A stretch of DNA of 63,482 nucleotides, filler included, from Hyphochytrium catenoides (Eukaryota; Protista; Hyphochytriomycota), in NCBI GenBank assembly GCA_900088475.1. It is 9 parts of 9 records of this genome, joined end to end, with 100 filler letters (N's around TTAATTAATTAA, not from the genome) between each part and the next. Parts side by side here need not be neighbours in the genome. Positions count along the whole stretch, not along the records: positions 1 to 31,001 come from FLMG01001519.1; positions 31,102 to 38,604 come from FLMG01003533.1; 7 more parts are not named here. One strand, written 5' to 3'. Of this stretch, positions 23,360 through 35,000 are shown one piece after another. Numbering within the stretch: the first letter of the stretch is position 1; every line of letters starts with the position of its first letter. The notes below the pieces were generated by a model. That model saw only the letters and a list, made by a program, of their open reading frames with translations. It searched no databases and was not told the origin of the DNA. A program made the translations under genes and the position numbers.

Positions 23360-25967
23360 ATGTCCGCAGCCGTAGTGCACAGGTTCTTGGGGAACAAGGC
23401 CAATCTGGCCTCCCGCCTTGCTTCTCTCACTTTGAAGCACAAGGCAGCAGCCGCTCCAGCAGGTGAGCGTTGCATGTGGAGAACTGGTTCTTGAAAGACA
23501 TCCATGATAATGCGACAGACTGATCAAAAAGTGTCGATGAGGTCATGGTGGCTGACCCTACCTCTCCCTATCTCTGACAGTGGGCCAGTTCCGCTGTGTC
23601 ACATTTGACCGTAGCAAGCCCCATCTTAACATTGGAACCATTGGCCATGTCGATCACGGCAAGACAACCTTGACTGCCGCCATCACGAAGGTATGCTGCC
23701 TGAAGGAGACGTGCCTACGGGACCAGAGTTCTTTCCACGCTCCGTTGTCTCTCTCGTGGCGGTGCCTCTTCTCTTTCCCTTCTGCAGCTCTCTCGTCTAT
23801 CGCACATATCACCATCTTATGTTCTGAGCTTTGTCTCTCTTAGATACTTATCTACTCCTGGGCTCTGCCATGTCTCCTGACTCTCATTGATTCTCAGGTG
23901 CTTGCTGAGGCTGGTGGCGCGAACTACACCTCCTATGACCAGATTGACAAAGCTCCAGAGGAGAGAGCTCGTGGTATCACCATCAGTACCGCTCATGTGG
24001 AGTATGAGACCTCAAAAAGACATTATGCTCACGTCGACTGCCCCGGCCACGCTGATTATGTGAAGAATATGATCACTGGTGCCGCGCAGATGGACGGCGC
24101 TATCCTTGTCGTCTCTTCTGCTGATGGTCCTATGCCTCAGACGAGAGAGCACATTCTTCTGGCTAGACAGGTGAGATAACATGAAGGACAAGGTTTAGCC
24201 TTCATAAGGACGGCAAGAAGAAGTCATCCGTGCACTTGAGGAGAAGCAGAGACCAAGAGAGAGAGGGAGAGTGAGGGAGACAGAGGAAACGGGGAAGAGG
24301 TTGGAGAATGGTCAGCCGCGTTTGCAAAGAGTTTAAGGAAGAGAGATTTGACAAGAGAGCCCCAAACAGTATGGCAAGAGCCTTGAAGACGATGTCGTGG
24401 TCTTCAGGCCTAACCTATGCCATGCTCATCCTTCTCTCGTCCTTTTTGCCTCTCTATTCCTTCAGGTTGGCGTTCCGTCTCTGGTCGTCTTCATGAACAA
24501 GGTAGACATGGTGGACGATCCTGATCTGCTGGAGCTGGTGGAGATGGAGGTGCGCGAGCTTCTGGACTTCTATGAGTTCCCAGGTGACTCCATCCCAGTC
24601 ATCAAGGGATCAGCTCTCGCTGCTATTGAGGACAGAGATCCTGAGATTGGTAAGTTGGCTGTGAGATCCTTGAGAGCTGGCAAGCTGAAGTAGGGATGAG
24701 CATACGGAGAGAAGAAGATTGTGGACCAAGGAAGAGAACTTAGGCGAGCAACCAGAGAAACGTTCAGCTGCCACGTCTTCTGCGCCTCGTATATTCTGTC
24801 TCTCAGTTCTCTCTCCCCTACCCCACCCCACCCCTTCCTTTGTTCCTGTCCTCCATCCTCTGTCACTGAACCCTCCTGCCCTTTACAGGCAGAGATGCAG
24901 TCCTGAAGTTGATGGACGCTGTGGATGCGGAGATCCCTAATCCTGTCCGTGATCTGGACAAGCCTTTCCTCATGCCGATTGAAGATGTCTTTTCCATCTC
25001 AGGCAGAGGTACCGTCGTCACAGGCAGAGCAGAGCAGGGCATCATCAAGGTGAGACAATGGCAAGGCGGGAGAAAGAGACAATGGCAAGGCGGGAGAAAA
25101 CAGTTACAGCTGAAGACAGGAGGTGTGAAGAGAGAGAGAGAGAGAAAGAGAGAAACTTTCCCTTTTTCTCTATGTTTCTTGGCATACGATGCTCAAGTCT
25201 TCTACTACCATCCATCAAGGCGTGAAAACAATGTCTAATAGATGACGTATCGGTCTCGACTCTTCCGTGACGGCAGGTTGGTGATGAGGTGGAGGTAGTG
25301 GGCATCCGCCCCCAGAAGATCAAGACAACGTGCACAGGCGTAGAAATGTTCAAGAAGCTTCTTGACCAGGGACAAGCAGGAGACAATGTTGGCGTTCTTC
25401 TGCGCTCTGTGAAGAGGGAGGATGTGGAAAGAGGACAGGTGCTCTGTGCCCCTAACACTGTGACTCCTCACAAGAAGTTCGAGGCTGAGGTGTACGTGCT
25501 AAAGAAGGAAGAGGGAGGCAGACACACTCCTTTCTTCTCCAAGTACCGCCCTCAGTTCTTCTTCAGAACTGCTGACGTCACTGGAGACATCAACCTCAAG
25601 GAAGGCACGGAGATGATTATGCCTGGTAGGAGACTCTTACTCCTGTCTCTCCGCAGCACCTCTTTCTCTGTTGCACTCCTTCCTGCTTGTGAAAGCTAGT
25701 AGGCTCTCCGTGCCTAATTAAGGCTCCTTACTCTTAAAGCTCGTGGTCTGCGGGCCAGTATTTCTATCATGACAGAGACTTTCTGGCTCTTCCTCGCTGT
25801 TTCTTTTGCAAATAGTGCCCTCAACGCTAACATTTGTCGCAGGTGATAACGCTGCGATTGAGGTCGAGCTTATCTCTCCAGTCGTCATGGCACAGGGTCT
25901 CCGCTTCTCTATGAGAGAAGGAGGAAGGACTGTCGGTGCTGGTGTCGTCGCCTCCGTGAAGGACTAA
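23360..25967 (+). CDS. TUFM: Elongation factor Tu, mitochondrial (7 exons, N-terminal targeting peptide)
   Basis: Exon 1 [20 protein letters not shown]... (presequence-like), then [44 protein letters not shown] and [10 protein letters not shown]. Six GT-AG introns. Confidence 0.96.
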
Positions 25968-26495
25968 AACTGAAGGGAGACTTAGGAGGCAAGGGCGAGA
26001 GACATAGGAGCTAAGCACATATATTACTACGCTGTATCTTGCACAGCCTGTGAATCTCTCAGCTCAGCTCTGGAAGAAGTGAAACAGCCTAGGGATAAGA
26101 GAGAGACAGACGAGGGGAGAGTGTGCTAGCCACTAGCAGAGAAGGATATGTATAGGAGCGCAAGCTGAAGCTAATAAGGAGGACAATAAAAAGCTTCCTT
26201 TCACTGGCAAGTCTGTCTTCCTAGATCTCCTTTCTCTTAGCGAAAGAACAAGGAATGTCACTCAGCTCTAACGGCAGATAGCGACTGGCGTGAAGAAAGG
26301 AAATGAGGAAGAAAAGGAGCCACAAGCGTATACTGATGAGCTTAGGAGAGAGAAAGAGCGCCATGAGATGGGCAGAGTCAGCAACATTTTCCTTTGCAGT
26401 CACTCGATGTTAGAGTTTAGCGGCTATTTTGATAGTCAACTACTCTCTATCCTTGGCCTCTACTTCCTAGACTGCTTTGACTCTGTCTTCTTGAG

Positions 26496-29400
26496 CTACG
26501 AGAGGGCTGATACTTCAGACACTGCAGCGACCTTGGGGCTATCTATCTCTTCGTCTGGCCCGCTCCCCTCGGCTCTGGCACTGAGAATTTGCTGCTTTAC
26601 GTCTTCGTCAAGTGACTGCACTCCCGGTGTCATATCTTCTTGCTCGGCTCCACCTAAAAAGTACCGGAGCGCTGTCCACTGCTCCTCCACCGCCTGGAGA
26701 TAGGGATCAAGAAAGGAGATGATTCCTTTCCCTCGCGCGTCTGCTGCTCTGTCTTCCACTTTGGGCAAGAGTCCGAGATCCAAAGGAATGCGGAACATAT
26801 TTCTGTCTGCAGCTGGATCCGTATCCGTCTCTTCTTCTGCGGGTAGGACTCCTAGCTCTACCGTCATGGCCACGTAGGCGCTATCGCCCCACTCATGCTC
26901 TGCTGTCCTGTCCTCTTTCTCCTTCTCCGGATCCAAGAGCGTGCCGAAAGCTTGCAGAATGCTGTCTCTCTCTTGAGCTAGCTCGGCCCATGCATCTTCT
27001 ACCACCTCTTCCACTGGTATCCGCAACAGTGCCTCCACGGGGCCCTCATCTGTTTCTTCGTCTGTCTTCCCCTTCTCCTCTGTCCCGTCATGATCCTTCA
27101 CAAGCCAGACCTCGTCCAACAGCTTCCCATCTTCAGCCCCATAGAATTCCCATTGCAGGGCAGTATGATTGTGAAGGGTCAGCACTGAGTAGCCAAAGTG
27201 CTCATCGTCTCCAAAGACATGCCAGGAGGGACGATGAGAGGAAGGAGGAAGGAGAGAATGGAACTCTGACGTGCCTGCTGCTCCTTGAATGAGATAGACA
27301 GGGCAAGCGGGATTGCTATAAAGGGACGAGGGATGGGAACGCGGAGAAGCAGGAAGAGTGAGAGGGAAAGAGGAAGGCTTGTTCCGGCAGATGGCGGCCT
27401 GCCTCTCATAGTTATGCACGTGCCCGCTGAGGTAGAGGTCAACCTTATGGGACATCAGGAGCTCCTCGATCGCTGCCTGCAGCCGGGCGGTGTCCCCAAC
27501 AGGCACCTAACACAGAGCAGACCAAACGGAAGAAAATTGAGGCCCAGAGAGTAGCAAAATAGGAGGCGGGGTTATGTCAACACAAGGGAGAGCTACTGAT
27601 GAACAACATCATCCAAGCTAGAGCTCGCGCCCACGGAAGCCAGCGGATCACGAGAGAGGAGAGAGAGAGACAGAAATAGAGATAGAGAGATAGGAGAGAG
27701 AGAGAGAGGTAGTGAGCGGGGGGACAGAAAAGGAGACAGATGGATAGATAGGTAGATAGATAGATAGAGATAGAAAGTATCTGAAAAGAAGAGAGGGACG
27801 CTGCTTGTACAGCCTGCTTACCCCATCCTTGCTGTGCTCGGCTTGCGCTGAGTAGATGGGTCTGTGCCCGGAGACTATTATCCATGACCGCTTTCCCTCT
27901 TCCCTCTCCCTCACTGCCTCCTCCAGCTCCCTCTCCAGCCACTGGATCTGGTCCCCAAAGCCCCCCTGCGGCACGCCAACGAACGAGTCATTGGGATGCC
28001 CAGGAAAGTCGGTCTCTGTGTTGATCGAGATAAAGCGGGCTGGGCCAAGGCTAAAGGAGTACCACATATTCAAAGATCCTCCGCTCTCGGCGCTTGGCAT
28101 GCGGAACCTATGAAGCAGAGTTAGCAACGGGCAGACAGAGTGTCCTGCCTAGAATGAGCTTATAGAATGAGACACAGGACAGGGACGCTAGCATTGTCAA
28201 TGACCACAAAGTCTTGGGCTTTAATAGACAATGCTTGGACCCTGACATGGGCGATAGCATTGGGAGGAAGAATCACACCGCGATGGGAAGAAAAAGGAGC
28301 AAACTTTCTGGTTCCAGCTGAAGACGCAAAGGGCGCTGTCGCAGGTAGGTTCTTGATTAACAAGGAAAAGAGGAAGAAGTGTCAACAAGGGAGAAACGAA
28401 ATCTAACCTGTTATTATAGGTGCTAAAATTGCCAAACGTTTCCGCGATCTTCTTCATTTTGAGGCCAAAGAAAGGGGAGTGCTCCTCTGCCTCGTGGTTT
28501 CCAGGAAGAACCATATATGGGACTGACGCCACGATGTCCTCCATCTCCCTGAGGAAGGAGTTCCAAGTCCGCTGATAGTCAAAGGAGAAGAGGTTATGCA
28601 AAAAGGCGTCGTCTGCGTAGGAAATGTCTCCCAGATGGTAGAGAAGGTCAAAGGTATTGGCCTTCTTCTTGAGTGCAGAGAGTGTCTCTGCGCTCTCATA
28701 GAGACCCATGTCCCCTATGACTCCAACTCGGAGAGGGCCATGAGTAGAAGAGGAGAGAGACATAGCTGGAGTCGTGAAGGAAAAGACTCGAGAGGAAGAG
28801 ACGTTATTATAGACCTGATAAAAGTACTTTGTCCTCTCCTTCAGACCACGGAGGAGAACGACGTGGTTGTACGTGGTTTGCACCTTGATTTCTCTCTTCT
28901 TATATTTGACGGTGCCGATGTCATCGTAGGTGGAGCTCTGACCTTCTGCTTCTTCCCGCAGAAGGGAGGGAGAGAGACCATATCGAACCTTGGACGTGGT
29001 TGGCGCCTCTGTGAGCCAGACGACACTGATGCTATCGGAATAGCCATCGCTGTTCTTCCCAGCCAACGCGATATGCACCTGCTGAGGCTGAGCAGGTGGG
29101 ACTGGCGGGAGATCTGGAGGGCCATGAGGTGAGGGGATGACCTCAGGTGGGAGAGGAGTGGGATATGGAGCAGCCGAGCAGCCAGTTTGGAAGTGGCACC
29201 ATTTGAGCTTCAGGTTTGCCAGGCTCACAATGTAGCTGAGCGGCACGCCCTGGATCATTGACGATTAGAAGCCGAAACATCAGGTTACAGAGATGTCAAA
29301 GAACTGTTGTCACTGCACTCGCAAGGACGGAAACGCAGCTTGAGAGGTGAGAATAACGGAAACAATCTTCAGAAGAGTTAGCATGTAGGTGTAGTTCACC

Positions 29401-30660
29401 TTATAGTGAAGCTCAAAGTAGTCCAAGACGCCGTTAAACTCTCTCCCGCGCGCCAGGAGCTGCTGCACGTACTGCCCACAGCAGTCCCAGTCTTCCTCCG
29501 CCTTTCCGCAGCTGAGATACTTGGAATAGCTTCGGTGGTGCAGATAATCGTCCAGGAAGCCAGAAAGAGTTTTCGAGCCGCAATAGTCTTGAAGATTGTC
29601 AGCTGCAGGAAGTAGACGTGACTCTTTCTCCACTTTGGCGCAAGCAAGATTGAGACCAAGTTTAAAGATCTCCATCAGGTTTTCCTTGGAGAAATCTTCC
29701 TTGATGGAGGCGAAGGGCTTGCAATAGACTTTATCGTGGAGCCCATTGAAGATGATGTCCGACACTTCATTGAGACAGGGAAGAGCTAGGCTCTGGGATA
29801 ACAGTTGACAGGATCGGGTGCGGGGAGATAGGAAAGGAAGCAAGAGAGAGAACCGGGGGGCCCAGGGGAGAGAGAGAGAGAGAGAGAGAGCAAAAGAGAG
29901 AGAGAACAGCGAGAGACAGAGAGAGAGAGAGAGGCAGACAGACAGACAGAACAAAAGTGAGTGAGAAAGAGATAAACAGAAAGAGAAACAGAAACAGGAA
30001 GAGAGAGCAGACAGAGAGAGAGAGAGAGAAAGAGACAGAGACAGAGACAGGAAGAAAGAAGCAGCGATAGAGAAGGTGTGAGTATCAGGCCACCATAACA
30101 TCTTCAAACACCAGTCTATCGGGAAGAGTCATAAACGTCTTGTAGCCTTTTGCCTGTACCTGGAAATCCGAGCATATCGAGGCCATTTTGGCTCTGTCTC
30201 GTAAGATTGTGACCACCGCAGAGTAATTCCTACGACGAAGCTCATGCAGAATATCTCCCGAGAAGTTTCCAGTCTGCAGAGCATAGCGCAGGGGCCTACA
30301 GCGAGAGGAGCGAGAGAACTGCGTCCAGAAGAGGAACTCATGCTTCTGCATGCACTCGCTCAGATCGAAGAGATGCCCACGCCAGGTAAAGCCCAGCTCA
30401 TCGTTATATGAAGGAGGAAGTAACAGCTCAGACACGAGCGCATCTTCTTCTCTACTCTCCTCGTTTGAGGGCTCAAAACGCCGCAACACTGGTTGACTAG
30501 AGCTTGCTGTCTCTTGGAGCTTGAGCTCAACGGATTGCCTCAGGCTGCTCCGCTGGCCCAAACCATGTGCTGCTGACAGGCCCTGTATAGCAGGACTCCG
30601 GTGCGCCACCAGCAACACGAGCGGCCCGAGCAGGACAGGATAGATAAAGTGAGGAGCCAT
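26496..30660 (-). CDS. Secreted purple acid phosphatase with a large uncharacterised Cys-rich N-terminal region and an acidic C-terminal extension (about 5 exons)
   Basis: PAP motifs PQQVHIA (FN3-like N domain), GDMG, GDISYAD, PGNHE, SGHRPIY, SGHVHNYER and FGYSVL. Phase-0 GT-AG introns at about 29793-30093 and 29250-29399 join upstream exons that begin with a signal peptide (MAPHFIYPVLLGPLVLLVA). Confidence 0.8.
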
Positions 30661-30939
30661 GCCTGGTCCTCTGGCCGCTGCGCTCACTGATCTCAACGAC
30701 TTTGACAGCGGAAAAAGCCGTCCGGAAACTTTTCGAGCTGCTTCTGCTGCCGCGTCGGTCTCTCTGGCTCCTCTCCTTCAAGAAGGAAGACTGTCTCTGA
30801 ACCGCGTCGTCTGAAGTCCGGCTGAGTGGCAGTTTGTGCGCCGCTTCTACGAATCTGTTGCCTGCACCGTTCCCGTTGGCAATCCTCTTCGGCAGGTCTC
30901 CTGTTCCTTTCTCTTGCTTCCTCTCTCTCTCTGTCCCTC

Positions 30940-30973
<34 letters not shown>

Positions 30974-31001
30974 CCGCTCACTCTCTCATTCTCTCTCTCT
31001 C

Positions 31002-31101
31002 NNNNNNNNNNNNNNNNNNNNNNNNNNNNNNNNNNNNNNNNNNNNTTAATTAATTAANNNNNNNNNNNNNNNNNNNNNNNNNNNNNNNNNNNNNNNNNNN
31101 N
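31002..31101. other. Artificial contig linker N44-TTAATTAATTAA-N44 (also at 38605-38704, 46215-46314, 52325-52424, 54487-54586, 56177-56276, 60585-60684, 62324-62423)
   Basis: Identical 100-nt spacer with stops in all six frames, repeated eight times. Confidence 0.98.
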
Positions 31102-32000
31102 CAACCTCTTATTCGTATGACCCCTAAATTATGAAGCAAAATTTAGGGTCCTCTTAGCCATTGATTTAATGCTGTCCAACCCATCCTATCTTCCCCCCTT
31201 GCCACACCTTTTGTAAGCGACACAAGTCAGGCATGAAAGCGTCCTTTCCAGCGGACCCAAGCGTGAAGTGGATGATGGGAGCCATTTTCAGCGGCTTTTC
31301 TGGGGAATAGTGTGCAGACTCATCTCAGCCCTGTTGACCAATCAGAGGCGTCAAACAACTGTGATTGACGTTAGCACCTGCGAAGTGACAACTTTGAATG
31401 CCGTTAGCCCCTATCTGAGGACCTGCCCAACTCCTGATTGGCTGAAGTCCCTGCAGATGGGTTCCTCTAGAAGGCGGCCGCTTGTAAGAGCTGGCCGCTG
31501 AAGCTTTGGGCAGGGTTTAGCTGAAGAGTGGCATCGGGTTGATGAGGCAGGGGACATCCGAGGAGGGGCCGTTACTGTACCACTGAAGAGTTGTATGCAT
31601 GAGCAGAACTGAAGTTCGTGAGAATGCATCATAGTCGGTCTTCCTCGTCCCTGTTTTCCCTTCTGGCTTCTAGCAAGCTTCTACGGTAAGTGGACCGCAA
31701 TTCTTTGGCAGCAGGAAGAGAGGAAAGAACATCATAGCTACTGTATAGAGACTAATCGGCGAAACAGAGCACGAGCACACGCCCATTACGTTTTCCTTCA
31801 GGAGCGAAGAGCAAAGGGATGCTATGACTTTCTATGTACGGAATACACCCCGCTATTTCTCAATATAGTTCTATTAGCACTTCTTGTCAATCTATATCTA
31901 GCGAAGAAACGTCTTTCAAATAGTAAGGGTGACCCAGAAGACGGTCTTCTTCTCATAGTCGGAGTGGTCGCTTGAATCGTGAACACTCTAGCCAGCTTAA

Positions 32001-35000
32001 TTATCTATCAAGGGCCCTTTCGATGAGTGAGATGCTCCCGTCTATGATAGATAAAGCCATCAGGTCGCGGAATGCAGAACAATCTTCTCCTCTAAAGTGT
32101 TTGACGAAGTCCTATCGTAAAGAGCAAGGACTGCGGTCAGGCACTCCTACCTAGGACGGCATGAAAGAGATCATTTCTACCACATAAATTTACCTGGGTT
32201 CGAGATGCAAAATAACAGTAGAGGCATATAAAAACCCCACAATCAAAGGAGTTGGTTTGGCGTGGGGCGCTTGGATCTGTCTGGCCGGAAAGCTTCCATC
32301 CTTCCATCAAACTCGTGTTGTGGATACCTCGTGCCATAGCCTCTTCCTTTAGGTACCGATAAAGCTTGTCAACATACTCCTGTCCGTTGCCATGAAGGGA
32401 GTCATAGTACTTGATCTCTTTTCCGTCAAAGTCCAGAAGAGCAATAGTCCAGTGGTTCCTATTGACGTTAATAGGGACAAACAACTTGGACAAACCTAAG
32501 AGGTCAACCTTGTGTCTTGAAAGCCAGTTTCTCACATAATCATAACCGTTCTTCTCGTATTGAGGGTAGAAGTGCGTAGATAGAATGACTACAGCGGTTC
32601 TCCTTTCACCCTCTGGAACATCATCTGTCAAAGACATCTCTCCCTCGAGCATTCGACAGAACACGTTGATGACCTATGAAGAGAGACGTTCATAGCGTTA
32701 AAGGTTAGGAACAGCAGGTCCCCCAAAGATTGACATTTAAGGACGCACCTCGTCATTTAGCCACTTCTTTGGTGCCAGACTTCGAAGCTTGCTAAGAGCC
32801 ACCTCGTAGGGACCAACAGTAGCCGTCGGGTCACTTGAAGATAGAAGAACATCCGCGGCACGCCTCTTCTGCTGGTCTGTTAATCTAAATTGAGAGATAG
32901 TGGCAGAGGGTGCATCTTTTCGTCTTCTTTTCGTTTGAACACCTTTGCAGGAGGGAGAGGGCGGTGGCAAGCAGGATCGTAACGCTCCTCTAGTTACATC
33001 AAGAATGGCAAATGGAAGCGTACCTGAGCTGCTTTCAAAGTAGTTCTGACAACGAGGACAGGTACAAATACCATCTCGCCCCCTTGCACGCTTCGCAGTG
33101 CTGCTCAGAGAGTGCCAGCCATCTCGGACGGCCTTACAGGTACATCCTTTGCCATACAAGTGATACTCACGGAAAGCAGCTCTAAGATGACCACAATGCT
33201 TGCATGTTTGCAGGCTTTTGTCCTTCCGGCCCGGAGACAACTTTTCCACTACTTTCGCTTTGCCATTGATTGGTATGCCCTTTACGGAGCCAATAAAGGA
33301 CGGCATAGACAACCTCATACTTTCTCGGAGTGTGGCGCTCTCTGTTTTACTCAGAGCTGGCACTTCTTGACGCAAGTGGGTCTCCTTTCCAGAAGGAAAA
33401 GATGACCGCCCCGATGACGCAACCTTGAAGGAAAGTGTTTGAGGTCGCCTTAGCGTTTGACGAAGTTCCCGGTTCTCGTCATCCTTTGTTGACTGCCCTT
33501 CAGACGGTTGAGACATGGTTGCGGCCATATTCTCAGCGTCCAAGAAGACCTCATGATACTCCTTCAGATGCTTCTCCGTCTTCCTTGTTACTTGGCCCGA
33601 AAGCTCCTCTGCTGAGTTCCAAAAGGCAGCAAAAGCAGCAAAATCCATGTAATTCTTACACTTAGTACCGTGGCTTACAAAGAACTGCCTCCATATTGAG
33701 CGGTAGACTAGCTTATCTTCAGGGGTGAAGATGCGAGAGGCAAAGCTATCCTTCATCCTCTTCACAATCCATCTGGACGACGCACTAGACTTTCTAAAGG
33801 CAGGAGCAGCGTTCCTCGGCCATTCGGGAGTAGAGCCTGCACCAGCTGCGCTAGATCCACTTTTGTCATCAACCACTGGCGGGCATACATAATGTAGACC
33901 TGGAGGAGCAGGGCATGCAGAGGGGAGAGGGTACAAACGTGTTAACTCCAAAAGCAGTCTGTGATGAGTACGCATTTCGCACCAAAACTCTCATTGGTGT
34001 CCTTGAAGTGCCGCGTCGAGAGCCATTCTGGATACGGTATATTGGCTGATTCAGGAGCGAAGATGTCCAAAGCAATTTCTTGGATATCCTCTATTAAAAA
34101 CTGGTCTGTGAAGCCTGCAAGCTCTTCATCTAGTCCACAGTGCTTCTCGGCCATCCTGACGATGTGAGAGACGAGATAAGAGCTCCAGGTCCTCTGTACC
34201 AGAGTGGGGGGATGACGCCACAGGACTCCTACCTAAGGTTCCATCTGAAGCAGAATTCCTTCAAAATGAGGATCGCCAACCTATGAGAACTTGATCCAAC
34301 AGCAAGAAGGTTTCTTATGTGGCGATGAAAGCCTTCTGAAGAGGCGAGTATTTAGTGATGTGACTACTGACGTGCAATTAGGGTCTGTGGCTAACAAGCG
34401 TCCTACCGAGATCTGATGTCCCACGAATGCAGCTGAGTGGCCTAGTCTCCCCTGGGAAGAATGGACATCAATGTGATTAATTTGCTATGGCAGCCTTTGA
34501 AGAAGTAAGGAAAGGACCTGCCTCCGAGCAGGTATACCTGAATACTCTTTTTCGTCTCTATCTATATACAAAGAGATGGTAGGGTGATCTGAGAGACAGC
34601 CCTTTGTGACATGGCCCATCAATAGATGCCACTGTTTCTCCGCCTCAGCACTGAAGAGTTTACCCTTTGTCCTGTGATCTGTTATATCGTTGTAGACCTC
34701 ATAGAGCCGCTGAAGACGTGCATACAGCTCCTTTGGCGGGGGTATTCGGCGTCTAACTCTTGCAAGAACGAAATCATAGTCTTGGGCAAACTTCTTCTCA
34801 ACTTCATCAATACTCATTCCTTCTGCAGAGGGCGAAAGAAAAGCAATTAAACAATGGAAGAGGTGGTGAGGCCCATGACAAGGGAGAGCGTTCAAAGGAA
34901 TGCTCTTATCGAAGAGAGTGTTGAAGCTAGAAAGACAGAGAGCCAGGCACACATACAGTGACTAGAGTATAGACCGACTAGTAAATACGCCACCGACAGA

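Noticed and set aside
25052-25100. 24-bp tandem duplication (GAGACAATGGCAAGGCGGGAGAAA x2) in an EF-Tu intron
   Set aside because: A simple slippage duplication in an intron with no sign of function.
15549-25967. Functional cluster of mitochondrial genes (PGAM5, SOD, EF-Tu)
   Set aside because: Mixed orientations, unrelated genes in between and unproven SOD targeting; consistent with chance.
23360-25967. EF-Tu as bacterial contamination or horizontal transfer
   Set aside because: Six spliceosomal introns and a presequence-like first exon indicate the ordinary nuclear-encoded mitochondrial factor.
29250-29400. Stop-codon readthrough or an alternative genetic code joining adjacent ORFs (PAP, transposase, SOD, EF-Tu)
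   Set aside because: All these breaks are explained by canonical GT-AG introns, and TAA, TAG and TGA each terminate conserved genes.
31046-31057. Recurrent TTAATTAATTAA motif as a biological repeat, TSD or CRISPR-like spacer
   Set aside because: It is always centred in 44+44 Ns and is a six-frame-stop concatenation linker.
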